Of a stretch of 64,000 bases of DNA, positions 29,966 through 39,645 are shown one piece after another. A program made the translations under genes and the position numbers. Under the pieces are notes generated by a model that saw only the letters and a program-made list of their open reading frames with translations, was not told where the DNA came from and did not search any database. Every line of letters begins with the position of its first letter. The stretch's first letter is position 1. The stretch is from Opitutia bacterium (GTDB lineage: Bacteria; Verrucomicrobiota; Verrucomicrobiia; Opitutales; T3Sed10-336): contig JBJHCF010000002.1 of the NCBI GenBank assembly GCA_050506795.1, positions 1-64,000 on the forward strand. The letters are read 5' to 3'.

Positions 29966-31123
29966 ATGAAACCCAAGAACCTCATCAAACGCGGAGACAC
30001 CTACCACTTCCGCGCGACCATCGACGGCAAACAAATCTGGCAGACCCTGGACACCTCCGACCGCCAACTGGCCGCCGCCCGTGCCCGCAAGCTCAAGGAA
30101 GAGCTCAAAGGTCGCCGCTGGGACGTCCTCATGGACGTCCGCCGCCGTAATTCCTGGTCCACTCTTGGCGAAGTATTCGATGCCTACCGCAGACGCGCGG
30201 AGACCGAGGACATCAACGCCCGGACCGTCAAAGAGAACATTTCGTGCCTCAGTCGAATCGTTCGGGCCGTTCACGGCAAGCACTGCGATCCGGAGGCCGA
30301 GAAGACCTCGATCCTCACCGCCGAGCTCGTCCGCGAGTACCAGGCCCGGAAACTGGAATCCGCCAAACCGGCCGGACCGCTCGCCCTCGACAAGGCAAAA
30401 TCCACCTCCTTCTCGACCGTCCGGCAGGCCCGTTCCCTCTTTTCGCGTGAGTGCCTCCAGTCCAGCGCCTACCGCGACCTTTCGCTCCCCGACTTGGCGG
30501 GATTCCTGGAAACCCGGCTGAAAAACAAAGAACGCCAACTCCGCCGGCCGCCGGACCCGAAACTGATCGCCGCAACCGCCGAGGCCGCCACCGAACTCAA
30601 GAAAACACATCCCGCCCGCTGGCTCGCGTTCATCCTCTGTTCGAACCTCGGCCTCCGCCGCTCCGAAGCCATCGCCGCCCGGTGGGATTGGATCGACGAA
30701 GTCACCGTCCACGGCGAGCAGAGCCAACCCGACGGCACCACAAAGACCGTGGAGACCACCTGCTACGTGATGAGCGTGATCAAACGCGACGACTTCGACC
30801 CGAAAGGCTCGCCGCGCCTGATCTCGATCCACCCGGAAGTCTGGCAGGACATGAAGCAAGCCCAGCTCTCCCTCGACACCATCATCCCCGGAACCCAGCC
30901 CGAACGACTCCAAGCCTGCAAAGAGAACGTCACCTGGCTCCGCGCCCTCGGCTGGAACGCCCGCCTCCCCAACCACGCCCTCCGGGGCCTCTTCGCCAGC
31001 ACCATCGCCAGCCAACACGGCCTCTTCGCCGCCCAAAGCGCCCTCGGCCACGCCGACCCCCGCACCACCACCGACAGCTACGCCGCCTGGCTCGGCTTGG
31101 ATAAGGTGGTGAAGGTCTTTTGA
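29966..31123 (+). CDS. Tyrosine recombinase/integrase 2, paralogous to integrase 1
   Basis: LGLRRSEA, NHALR, ALGHAD, TTDSY; N-terminal arm-binding-like YHFRATIDGKQIWQTLDT. Confidence 0.92.
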   Translation: MKPKNLIKRGDTYHFRATIDGKQIWQTLDTSDRQLAAARARKLKEELKGRRWDVLMDVRRRNSWSTLGEVFDAYRRRAETEDINARTVKENISCLSRIVRAVHGKHCDPEAEKTSILTAELVREYQARKLESAKPAGPLALDKAKSTSFSTVRQARSLFSRECLQSSAYRDLSLPDLAGFLETRLKNKERQLRRPPDPKLIAATAEAATELKKTHPARWLAFILCSNLGLRRSEAIAARWDWIDEVTVHGEQSQPDGTTKTVETTCYVMSVIKRDDFDPKGSPRLISIHPEVWQDMKQAQLSLDTIIPGTQPERLQACKENVTWLRALGWNARLPNHALRGLFASTIASQHGLFAAQSALGHADPRTTTDSYAAWLGLDKVVKVF

Positions 31124-31203
31124 GGGACCGCCATCCTTTCGCCGAATCCAAGCTTGAAAAGGCAGGGAAAAGGCACAAGGTTGAATCAACCTTTCAGGAA
31201 TCC

Positions 31204-31599
31204 ATGTCCAATCAGTTGGCAAAGTCCAAACGCCGCCAGTCGCTTGCCGAGCACGAAGCGGTCCTCGCCGCACTCAAAACCATCGCGGAGCGGGAGGAAA
31301 CGACCGTCATGGAACTCCTTCGACGCGGAGCCCGGGAATTGGTAGCCCGCCATACCCAAAACCCGGACGAGGCGGAAACCTTGCGCCGGACGGTCCTCGC
31401 ATTCACCCCACAAGTGCCCAGTAAATTCGAATCGGCCGCCCAAGTCGCCCGGTTCAAACGGGAACAGCGTGCCTTCGACCAGGTTCTCCAGGACCTTCAC
31501 CTCGCCACACCCCAAGAGATCCAGGCCAGGAATTCCCTGGTCCGGGGAAAGAAGAAGCAGCAGCTATTGGATTTCGAACGGTCCCATGCCTCCCTCTGA
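31204..31599 (+). CDS. Small putative DNA-binding protein (RHH-like), candidate antitoxin
   Basis: RQSLAEHEAVLAALKTIAEREETTVMELLRRGAREL fits a strand-helix-helix pattern; overlaps the next gene. Confidence 0.6.
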   Translation: MSNQLAKSKRRQSLAEHEAVLAALKTIAEREETTVMELLRRGARELVARHTQNPDEAETLRRTVLAFTPQVPSKFESAAQVARFKREQRAFDQVLQDLHLATPQEIQARNSLVRGKKKQQLLDFERSHASL

Positions 31600-32320
31600 T
31601 TACAGGCCACGGGAACCGGAGGATTTCGCCGATTTCCTGGACCTTCCGGAACCCCCGTTGCTTGTCGGCGGACAAGCAGTAAACCTCTGGGCTCTTCACT
31701 ACGGCGAGGAAACCGAGGGCCTCGCCCCATTTGTCTCAAGAGATGTGGACCTCCTTGGAAAACGCCAAACACTCTCGGACCTTGCGGCCCGGACCGGAAC
31801 GCGGCCCCAATTCTTTCCCCTTAAGCCACCCAGCAACTCCTGGGGTGTCGTTATCGCCGAAGACGCCCGGGGAGATCCTCTGCTCATCGAAGTCCTCCGG
31901 TATGCCAACGGCGTCAGCAACGAAGATCTGGAAAAACCCGCTTATACCTTCGTTATCGGAACAGGAGTACACGTCCGGGTCCCTGGCCCCATCGCCCTGC
32001 TCAAGGCAAAGATCGCGAATGCCTCGGACCTTCCCCAGGCGGATCGCCAGGACGAGCAGCACGTCGTCATCCTTTGCCGCCTGATGCCCGCCTACCTCTC
32101 CGACCTCGAACACGCGGCCGCCCATGGCAAAACCACAGAACGAGCCGTCCTCACGCTGCTGGAATACCTCTTGCAAGTCATCACGGCCGAAAAGGCAAAA
32201 ACCGTCCTCCACCGCCACGGAATCAACCGTGAATCACTCTTCTCGCCCCTCTCGAATTCCGTACTCCCAAAGATCCAAGCTTTCTACAAGCAACGCCTCC
32301 CGCGAGCTCTGGGAAGGTGA
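31586..32320 (+). CDS. Pol-beta-superfamily nucleotidyltransferase (AbiEii/MenT-like), candidate toxin
   Basis: LLVGGQAVNLW ... SRDVDLLG (GG plus DxD), then PIALLKAK and RQD. Start placed at ATG 31586. Confidence 0.72.
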   Translation: MPPSDYRPREPEDFADFLDLPEPPLLVGGQAVNLWALHYGEETEGLAPFVSRDVDLLGKRQTLSDLAARTGTRPQFFPLKPPSNSWGVVIAEDARGDPLLIEVLRYANGVSNEDLEKPAYTFVIGTGVHVRVPGPIALLKAKIANASDLPQADRQDEQHVVILCRLMPAYLSDLEHAAAHGKTTERAVLTLLEYLLQVITAEKAKTVLHRHGINRESLFSPLSNSVLPKIQAFYKQRLPRALGR

Positions 32321-32325
32321 CACGA

Positions 32326-32425
32326 CGAACGCCTTTTCGCCTACAAAGAGATCGTCACCCTGGCTCCGAGTCCTCGGCTGGGACGCCCGCCTCCCCAATC
32401 ACGCCCTCCAAGGTCTCTTCGCCAG
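32326..32425 (+). pseudogene. Degenerate ~100-bp copy of the integrase 2 catalytic region (30901-30999)
   Basis: Manual alignment gives about 85% identity with one 1-nt insertion. It translates to WLRVLGWDARLPNHALQGLFA versus WLRALGWNARLPNHALRGLFA. Confidence 0.9.
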
Positions 32426-32798
32426 ATCAACTGCATCCTCCCGATCCCAGTGACACAGACATTCCTGTCTGTCCCTCCGCCAAGTCCGACCCCAATACCT
32501 CGCAAACAGGAATTTCCGCCCCACTCCTGTCGATCACCATCGCCCCCTCGCCCCACGTCCCTCCACCCCTCCAATACTCCACCATTCCATCCCCCGCCCC
32601 CGCGCCCTAATTTCCCTTGCCCCAACAGCATCGGCATCCCTATAAATTTCATGCGATGCTCGAACTCCCCTTTATCCACATGGCTTCCTTTTGACACTCG
32701 ATTCAACAAAAACAACCCACCGAAGCCGACATCCGCACCACCCCTCCCTTGGACATGACCGTCACAAGCTACCACTCTCAACCTGAGCAAATCGCGGC

Positions 32799-35150
32799 AT
32801 GACGAAACAGGAAAAACAGCAACTCAGCGAAATCGACATCTGCGATCTGTTTATCACGCCCGCGATCAAAAACGCGGGTTGGGACCAGCCCACCCAGATC
32901 CGCCGCGAGGTTACCCTTGCTCCTGGCCCAGTCGTCGTTCGGGGAAACATGTCCTCGCGAAACACGAAGAAGAAAAAGTTCGCTGACTACGTTTTGCTTC
33001 GGGAGGCAGGGGTTCCCATCGCGATCGTCGAGGCCAAGGACAACAACCACACCGTCAGCCACGGCATGCAACAAGCCCTGGGCTACGCAGGCATTCTCGA
33101 CGTCCCCAGTGCCTTCAGTTCCAACGGCGACGCCTTCGCCTCCCACAATAAAGTCCCGGCACCTGGCGAAGAAATCGAGTGCGAATTGCCCCTCGATTCC
33201 TTCCCAACGCCCGCCGAACTTTGGAAGCGCTACAAGAAGCACCGGAACATTCGGGACAACGAAGAGGAACTGGTCCTCGAGCCCTACCATCTTGACGCCT
33301 ACGGCAAGGAGCCACGTTACTATCAGGCTGAGGCGATCAACCGCACTCTCGAAGCCATCGCAAAAGGCCGGAATCGTCTCCTTTTGGTCATGGCCACAGG
33401 CACCGGCAAGACCTACACGGTCTTCCAAATCATCTGGCGCCTTTGGAAAGCCAAAAAAGCCAAGCGCACCCTCTTCCTCGTCGACCGGAATGTTCTCGCC
33501 GACCAGACGCTCGTAAATGATTTCAAGCCGTTCGGCTCGGTCATGACCAAGATCAAGAACCGCAAGATCGATTCTTCCTACGAAATCTATCTCGGCCTCT
33601 ACCAGGCCCTCACCGGCCCCGACGAAGAAGACAAGATCTTCAAAAACGTCTCTCGCGACTTCTTCGACCTCATCATTATCGACGAGTGCCACCGCGGCAG
33701 CGCCGCGGATGACTCCGCTTGGCGCGAAATCCTCGAATACTTCTCCAACGCCACCCAGATCGGCCTGACCGCAACCCCCAAGGAAACCAAATACGCCTCC
33801 AACATCGCTTACTTTGGTGAACCCGTTTACACCTACAAGTTGAAGCAGGGCATCGAAGACGGTTTCCTCGCGCCCTACAAGGTCGTCCGCTACCACCTCG
33901 ACAAAGACCTCATCGGGTGGACACCCCCGCCGGGCATGACCGACGACCTCGGCAAGGACATCGAGCAACGCACCTACAACATGGCCGACATGGACCGCAT
34001 CCTGATTCTCAATCAGCGCACCAAGCTCGTCGCCAAGTGCGTCATGAAGCTTCTCAACGCCACCGACCCTTTTTCCAAAACGATCATCTTTTGCGAGGAC
34101 ATTGACCACGCCGAGCGCATGCGCGTGGCGATCACCAATGCGGCCGGTCAACTCGCCCTCGACAATCCCAAATACGTCATGCGCATCACCGGCGACAGCG
34201 TCGAGGGCAAGGCCGAGTTGGACAACTTCATCGACCCCGAGTCCAAGTTCCCCGTCATCGCCACCACTTCCGAGCTTCTCACCACCGGCGTCGATGCCAG
34301 GACCTGCAAACTCATCGTCCTGGACAAGACCATTAACTCCATGACCACCTTCAAGCAGATCGTTGGGCGCGGCACCCGCATCGAGGAAGAATTCGGAAAA
34401 TATTTCTTCACCGTCATGGACTTCAAGAACGCGACCGAACTCTTCAAGGATCCCGAGTTCGACGGCGATCCCGTCGTCATCTACGAGCCCGACCCCGACG
34501 ACGACCCAGTGCCTCCAGACCCCGACCCAGGTCCCGGTGATGGCGGTATCGAAGAAGACCCGGTTCCGTACAATTCGAAAAAAATCCGTGTGAGCGGAGT
34601 CGACGTCGTCATTCTCGCCAAAACCGTCGAATACCGCGACGACGATGGCCAGATGGTCACTGAGTCCTACTGCGACTACAGCCGAAAAAACATCCGCACC
34701 GAATACGCTTCGCTCGATGACTTCATCAACAAGTGGAACTCCACCAGGAAGAAGGAAGCCATCGTCAAGGAGCTGGAAGAATACGGCATCGAGCTTTCCA
34801 AACTCGCCGAGGAGGTCGGCAAAGACTACGGCGACTTCGACCTCATCTGCCACATCGCCTATGACCAGCCGCCCCTCACGCGAAAAGAGCGGGCCGACAA
34901 TGTCAGAAAGCGGGACTACTTCACCAAATACGGAGACAAGGCCCGCGCCGTCCTTGAAGCCCTCCTGGACAAATACGCCGACGAAGGCATTCTCACCATC
35001 GAGAGCCCCAGGGTTCTCAAACTCACTCCCTTCGACCAGATGGGCACGCCCGTCGAGATCATCAACGACGTCTTTGGCGGCAAGGCAAAATACGAATCCG
35101 CCCTCCAGGAACTCGAGCGCGCACTCTTTGATCAAAAACACTCAGCATGA
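32799..35150 (+). CDS. hsdR: Type I restriction enzyme R subunit (EcoAI-like)
   Basis: ADYVL...IVEAK nuclease, MATGTGKT, DECHRG, GLTATP, QIVGRGTR. Confidence 0.96.
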   Translation: MTKQEKQQLSEIDICDLFITPAIKNAGWDQPTQIRREVTLAPGPVVVRGNMSSRNTKKKKFADYVLLREAGVPIAIVEAKDNNHTVSHGMQQALGYAGILDVPSAFSSNGDAFASHNKVPAPGEEIECELPLDSFPTPAELWKRYKKHRNIRDNEEELVLEPYHLDAYGKEPRYYQAEAINRTLEAIAKGRNRLLLVMATGTGKTYTVFQIIWRLWKAKKAKRTLFLVDRNVLADQTLVNDFKPFGSVMTKIKNRKIDSSYEIYLGLYQALTGPDEEDKIFKNVSRDFFDLIIIDECHRGSAADDSAWREILEYFSNATQIGLTATPKETKYASNIAYFGEPVYTYKLKQGIEDGFLAPYKVVRYHLDKDLIGWTPPPGMTDDLGKDIEQRTYNMADMDRILILNQRTKLVAKCVMKLLNATDPFSKTIIFCEDIDHAERMRVAITNAAGQLALDNPKYVMRITGDSVEGKAELDNFIDPESKFPVIATTSELLTTGVDARTCKLIVLDKTINSMTTFKQIVGRGTRIEEEFGKYFFTVMDFKNATELFKDPEFDGDPVVIYEPDPDDDPVPPDPDPGPGDGGIEEDPVPYNSKKIRVSGVDVVILAKTVEYRDDDGQMVTESYCDYSRKNIRTEYASLDDFINKWNSTRKKEAIVKELEEYGIELSKLAEEVGKDYGDFDLICHIAYDQPPLTRKERADNVRKRDYFTKYGDKARAVLEALLDKYADEGILTIESPRVLKLTPFDQMGTPVEIINDVFGGKAKYESALQELERALFDQKHSA

Positions 35151-36631
35151 GCAACGTTAGCGGAATTATTAAGTCCATTCAGGACATCATGCGGAAGGAT
35201 GTCGGCGTTGACGGCGACGCCCAGCGCATCAGCCAACTGGTATGGATGTTCTTTCTCAAAATCTACGATGATCGCGAAGCGGAGATCGAACTTCTCGAAG
35301 ACGATTACAAGTCGCCCCTTCCCGAGAAGCTTCGCTGGCGCAACTGGGCCGCCGACCCCGAGGGCATGACGGGCAATGACCTCAGCGAGTTCGTCAATAA
35401 CGAGCTTTTCCCCACGCTCAAAGAAAAGCTGGTCCTCGAAGGTCCGAACGGCAAACGCGCCCAGGTCGTCCGCAATGTCTTCGAGGATGCTTACAACTAC
35501 ATGAAGTCGGGCACGTTGATACGCCAGGTCATCAACAAGATCAGCGAGATCAACTTCAACAACACCGAAGACCGCCACACCTTCGGCAGCATCTACGAGC
35601 AGATTCTCAAAGACCTGCAAAGCGCCGGCAACGCGGGCGAATTCTACACCCCCCGCGCTGTCACCCAGTTCATCGTCAACCGCGTCGATCCGAAGCTCGA
35701 CGAAATCGTCCTCGACCCCGCCTGCGGCACCGGCGGCTTCCTCGCCTGCACCATCGACCACAAGCGCAAGCATTACGTTAAATCCGCCAAGGACGAGGAG
35801 ACCCTCATCGCCAGCATCCACGGCGTCGAAAAGAAGGCCCTGCCGCACATGCTCTGCACGACGAACATGATCCTGCACGGCATCGACACCCCCACCAGTA
35901 TCCGCCACGACAACACCCTCAGCCGCCCCTACAAGGACTACGGCGAAAAGGACCGGGTCCATGTCATCGTCACCAACCCGCCTTTCGGCGGCACCGAGGA
36001 GGATGGCATCGAGAACAACTTCCCCGCCAACCTCCGCACCCGCGAGACCGCCGACCTTTTCATGGCGCTCATCGTCAAGCTGCTGAAAAACCAGGGCCGC
36101 GCCGCCGTCGTCCTTCCCGATGGTTTCCTCTTCGGCGAGGGCATGAAAACCCGCCTCAAGCAGGACCTGCTGGCGAAGTGCCACCTCCACACCCTCGTCC
36201 GCCTGCCCAACGGCGTTTTCGCTCCCTACACCGGAATCAAGACCAACATCCTCTTCTTCACCAAAAAACCCGAGAGCGAACAACCCGCCACCCGGGAAGT
36301 CTGGTTCTACGAGCACCCTTACCCGGAAGGGGTCACCAGCTACAACAAAACGAAGCCGATGCGCTTTGAGGAGTTCCAGACCGAGATCGACTGGTGGGGC
36401 TCCGAGGACGATGGCTTTGCCGGCCGCGTCCAAACCGAGCAAGCCTGGAAGGTCAGCATCGAAGACATCGCCGCGCGAAACTACAACCTCGACATCAGCA
36501 ACCCCCACGTCGGCGAAGCGGTCAACCACGACCCCGAGGAACTACTGGCTGAATACAACAAACAACAAGGGGAGATCCAAAGCCTGCGCGACCAGTTGAA
36601 ATCTATTTTGGGTGAGGCGCTCGGCCGATGA
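35147..36631 (+). CDS. hsdM: Type I R-M N6-adenine methyltransferase
   Basis: GEFYTPR, LDPACGTGGFL, TNPPFGG; ATGA overlap with hsdR. Confidence 0.97.
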   Translation: MSNVSGIIKSIQDIMRKDVGVDGDAQRISQLVWMFFLKIYDDREAEIELLEDDYKSPLPEKLRWRNWAADPEGMTGNDLSEFVNNELFPTLKEKLVLEGPNGKRAQVVRNVFEDAYNYMKSGTLIRQVINKISEINFNNTEDRHTFGSIYEQILKDLQSAGNAGEFYTPRAVTQFIVNRVDPKLDEIVLDPACGTGGFLACTIDHKRKHYVKSAKDEETLIASIHGVEKKALPHMLCTTNMILHGIDTPTSIRHDNTLSRPYKDYGEKDRVHVIVTNPPFGGTEEDGIENNFPANLRTRETADLFMALIVKLLKNQGRAAVVLPDGFLFGEGMKTRLKQDLLAKCHLHTLVRLPNGVFAPYTGIKTNILFFTKKPESEQPATREVWFYEHPYPEGVTSYNKTKPMRFEEFQTEIDWWGSEDDGFAGRVQTEQAWKVSIEDIAARNYNLDISNPHVGEAVNHDPEELLAEYNKQQGEIQSLRDQLKSILGEALGR

Positions 36632-37833
36632 AAAAGGATGAACTGGTCCTCTCCCGCGATCTCCTCAGCGAGATCAAGACCCGCGTCCGCGCGGGGCAGA
36701 ACCGCGCCGCCCTCTCGGCCAACGCCGAATTGATCGCCCTGTATTGGGACATCGGTCGCATGATCGCCACCCGACAAAAAGCCGAAGGCTGGGGCGCGGG
36801 CGTCATTCCCCGCTTAGCTGCGGATTTGAAAAACGAACTGCCGGAGGAGAAGGGGTTTTCGGAGCGAAATCTCAAGCGGATGGTTCGGTTCTTCCGCGAA
36901 TACTCCGATCTTGCCTCATTCATGCCGCAGGCTGCGGCACTATTATCCAAAGATGATCAAATTGAGGCGCAGGCAGCGCCACAGACCCATCCGCCCGCAA
37001 ATTTGCAGCAGCCCGCTGCAAAATTTGAAGAAACTGACGATAAGGAGTTTCCAAATGTGCCGCAGGCTGCGGCACATTTGCCCATTCCGCTCGATGTCTT
37101 ATTCGGACTTCCTTGGTTCCATCACGTCGTCCTTATTGAAAAACTGAAGGATTTACCGCTGAGATACTGGTATGCGCACCAAGCCCTCGAACAAGGCTGG
37201 TCCCGCGATACCTTAACCGAGCAGATCAAAAACCGCGCCCACGAGCGGCAAGGCGCCGCCGTGACCAACTTCGAGCGCACCCTTCCCGAGGCCCACGCGG
37301 CCATCGCCCAGAGCCTCCTCAAGGATCCGTATCTGTTCGATTTCCTCACCCTGGAAGGAACCTTCCACGAGCGCGAACTCGAGACCGGTCTGCTCGAGCA
37401 CATCCAGAAGTTCCTGCTCGAACTCGGGCGCGGCTTCGCCTTCGTCGGTCGTCAATACCGCCTGGAAATCAGCGAACGCGACTTCTACCTCGACCTCCTC
37501 TTCTACCACCTCCACCTCCGCTGTTTCGTCGTCGTGGACCTCAAGAAAGGCGAATTCAAACCCGAGTACGCGGGTAAAATGAATTTTTACTGCTCCGCCG
37601 TGGACGACCTCGTGCGCCACGAACAGGACGCCCCCACGATCGGCCTCATCCTCTGCCAGACCAAGGACCGCATCTTCGCCGAATACGCCCTGCGCGACAT
37701 CCACAAGCCCATTGGCCTCGCCGACTACGAACTCACCCGCTCCCTCCCCACCGAACTCGCCTCCAGCCTCCCCAGCATCGAAGCCATCGAAAACGAACTC
37801 GCCGATGATCTCGGAAAGGAGAAAAACGAATGA
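36628..37833 (+). CDS. YhcG/DUF1016-family PD-(D/E)XK nuclease
   Basis: LYWDIG, GFSERNL, KDPYLFDFL, ELGRGFAFVGRQ, DLLFYH...VDLK, GKMNFY. Confidence 0.93.
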   Translation: MKKDELVLSRDLLSEIKTRVRAGQNRAALSANAELIALYWDIGRMIATRQKAEGWGAGVIPRLAADLKNELPEEKGFSERNLKRMVRFFREYSDLASFMPQAAALLSKDDQIEAQAAPQTHPPANLQQPAAKFEETDDKEFPNVPQAAAHLPIPLDVLFGLPWFHHVVLIEKLKDLPLRYWYAHQALEQGWSRDTLTEQIKNRAHERQGAAVTNFERTLPEAHAAIAQSLLKDPYLFDFLTLEGTFHERELETGLLEHIQKFLLELGRGFAFVGRQYRLEISERDFYLDLLFYHLHLRCFVVVDLKKGEFKPEYAGKMNFYCSAVDDLVRHEQDAPTIGLILCQTKDRIFAEYALRDIHKPIGLADYELTRSLPTELASSLPSIEAIENELADDLGKEKNE

Positions 37834-39611
37834 ATCCCCACAACCCTCAACTTTCCTCCCTCATCACTCAGCACCTCGACACCTGGACTTCGGCGATCAA
37901 GGCGAAGGCATCTGCCGGACGGGGAGGCGGCAAGAAACAGGAGTTCTACGGCATCAAAAAACTGCGGGAGCTGATCCTGGAGTTGGCGGTGCGGGGATTG
38001 TTGGTGCCGCAGGATCCGAAGGATGAACCGGCAGTAGAATTATTGAGGAAAATTTCAGTGGAGCGCTCCAGTCTTATCCAAGCAGGTAAGCTTAAGAAGC
38101 AGCAGCCTTCTTCGTCGATCAAAGACGAAAACTCGCAATATCCTATCCCGAAGGGATGGGTTTGGACGCGAATTGGGACTATCGGAAATGTTTTCAATGG
38201 GAATAGCATCAGCTCTCGAGTGAAGGAAGAAAAGTATACTGGCATTGAAGGTTACCCATTCATTGCAACAAAAGATGTTGGATACGGCTTCGAAGGCCTC
38301 GATTATGAAAATGGAGTCGCAATTCCCGTAGATGAGGACAAATTCCAAGTTGCACGAAAAGGTTCGGTGCTAATCTGCGCTGAAGGCGGGAGTGCTGGTA
38401 AAAAGTGCGGCATCACAGACAGGGACATTTGTTTCGGAAACAAGCTCTTTGCCAATGAACTGATCGGAGGAATCTCTTCCAAATATATTCTTTCGGTTTA
38501 CTTATCCCCAACGTTCTTCTCAGCCTTTTCAGAGTCAATGACAGGAATCATTGGCGGGATTTCAAAATCGAAATTCGAAACACTGCTTTGCCCACTCCCG
38601 CCTCTCGCCGAACAACACCGGATCGTCGCAAAAGTCGATGAACTGATGGCGCTTTGCGATCAGCTCGAACAGCAGCAAGAGGACAGCGTGCGCACGCACG
38701 GCACCCTGGTGCAAACGCTCCTCGGCACCTTAACGGCCGCCAGCGAACCCGGTCAGCTCGCCCAAGCCTGGCAGCGCATCGCCGCCCACTTCGACCCCCT
38801 CTTCACCACCGAAAGCAGCATCGACCAACTCAAACAAACCATCCTCCAACTTGCCGTCATGGGCAAACTCGTCGAGCAAGATCCGGAAGATGAAAAGGCC
38901 TCTGAACTCCTCAAAAAAATCGCCACCGAAAAAGCCAAACTCATCAAAACCGGAAAAATCAAAAAGCAGAAAACACCGCCACCGGTATCAGATGATGAGA
39001 TGCCCTTCGAAAAGCCATATGGCTGGGAGTTTTGCCGACTTAAAGAATGTGCTTATGTTTTCTCAGGCAATGCTTTCAAAAGCGAAGATTTCAACAACAC
39101 TAATGGCATCAGGGTGATAAAGATCACTAATGCGGGCGTAGGAGAACTAATTGAAACTGAGGAGTTCCTACCTCCGTCTTTCGGAGCCGGATACGAAAAC
39201 TTTCAGGTCATTAAGGGCGACATGATTTTGGCCTTAACAAGGCCTTATATATCTACTGGTCTAAAAGTTAGCATATGCTCTGCAAAATACGACAATGCAC
39301 TATTGAATCAGCGTGTTGCCGCCATTCGTTGTTTTATCGATACGTCGTTCATGTATCAGTATATGCAAAGCACCTACGTTCTTGGCCTTTATCAAAAGAG
39401 ATTCAGCGGCTCAGGTCTCCAGCCCAATTTGAAGATGGCAGATGTAACTGAATTAATCACTCCTGTCCCACCCCTCGCCGAACAACGCCGCATCGTCGCC
39501 AGAGTCAGCGAGCTGATGACCTTGTGCGACCACCTAAAAGCAAATCTTCAGGCAGCGCAAACAACTCAACTCCAGCTCGCCGACAATGTCGTCGAAGCCG
39601 CGATCCGATAG
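37830..39611 (+). CDS. hsdS: Type I R-M specificity subunit
   Basis: Two TRDs flanked by IPKGWVW/KPYGWEF and PPLAEQ(H/R)RIVA; IL(E/Q)LAV(R/M)G repeats. Confidence 0.96.
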   Translation: MNPHNPQLSSLITQHLDTWTSAIKAKASAGRGGGKKQEFYGIKKLRELILELAVRGLLVPQDPKDEPAVELLRKISVERSSLIQAGKLKKQQPSSSIKDENSQYPIPKGWVWTRIGTIGNVFNGNSISSRVKEEKYTGIEGYPFIATKDVGYGFEGLDYENGVAIPVDEDKFQVARKGSVLICAEGGSAGKKCGITDRDICFGNKLFANELIGGISSKYILSVYLSPTFFSAFSESMTGIIGGISKSKFETLLCPLPPLAEQHRIVAKVDELMALCDQLEQQQEDSVRTHGTLVQTLLGTLTAASEPGQLAQAWQRIAAHFDPLFTTESSIDQLKQTILQLAVMGKLVEQDPEDEKASELLKKIATEKAKLIKTGKIKKQKTPPPVSDDEMPFEKPYGWEFCRLKECAYVFSGNAFKSEDFNNTNGIRVIKITNAGVGELIETEEFLPPSFGAGYENFQVIKGDMILALTRPYISTGLKVSICSAKYDNALLNQRVAAIRCFIDTSFMYQYMQSTYVLGLYQKRFSGSGLQPNLKMADVTELITPVPPLAEQRRIVARVSELMTLCDHLKANLQAAQTTQLQLADNVVEAAIR

Positions 39612-39645
39612 CCACCTTTCAATCACTTGACATCGAGTACCTTCT

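Noticed and set aside
32430..32790. C-rich tract and Pro-rich ORFs before hsdR
   Set aside because: Low-complexity intergenic DNA with no periodicity or protein-like ORF.
29945..36529. Long minus-strand ORFs (442, 787 and 465 aa)
   Set aside because: Antisense shadows of integrase 2, hsdR and hsdM caused by GC-biased codon usage.
36920..37080. Repeated GCCGCAGGCTGCGGCAC in the YhcG gene
   Set aside because: Encodes the PQAAA low-complexity linker common in this family; not evidence of a separate element.
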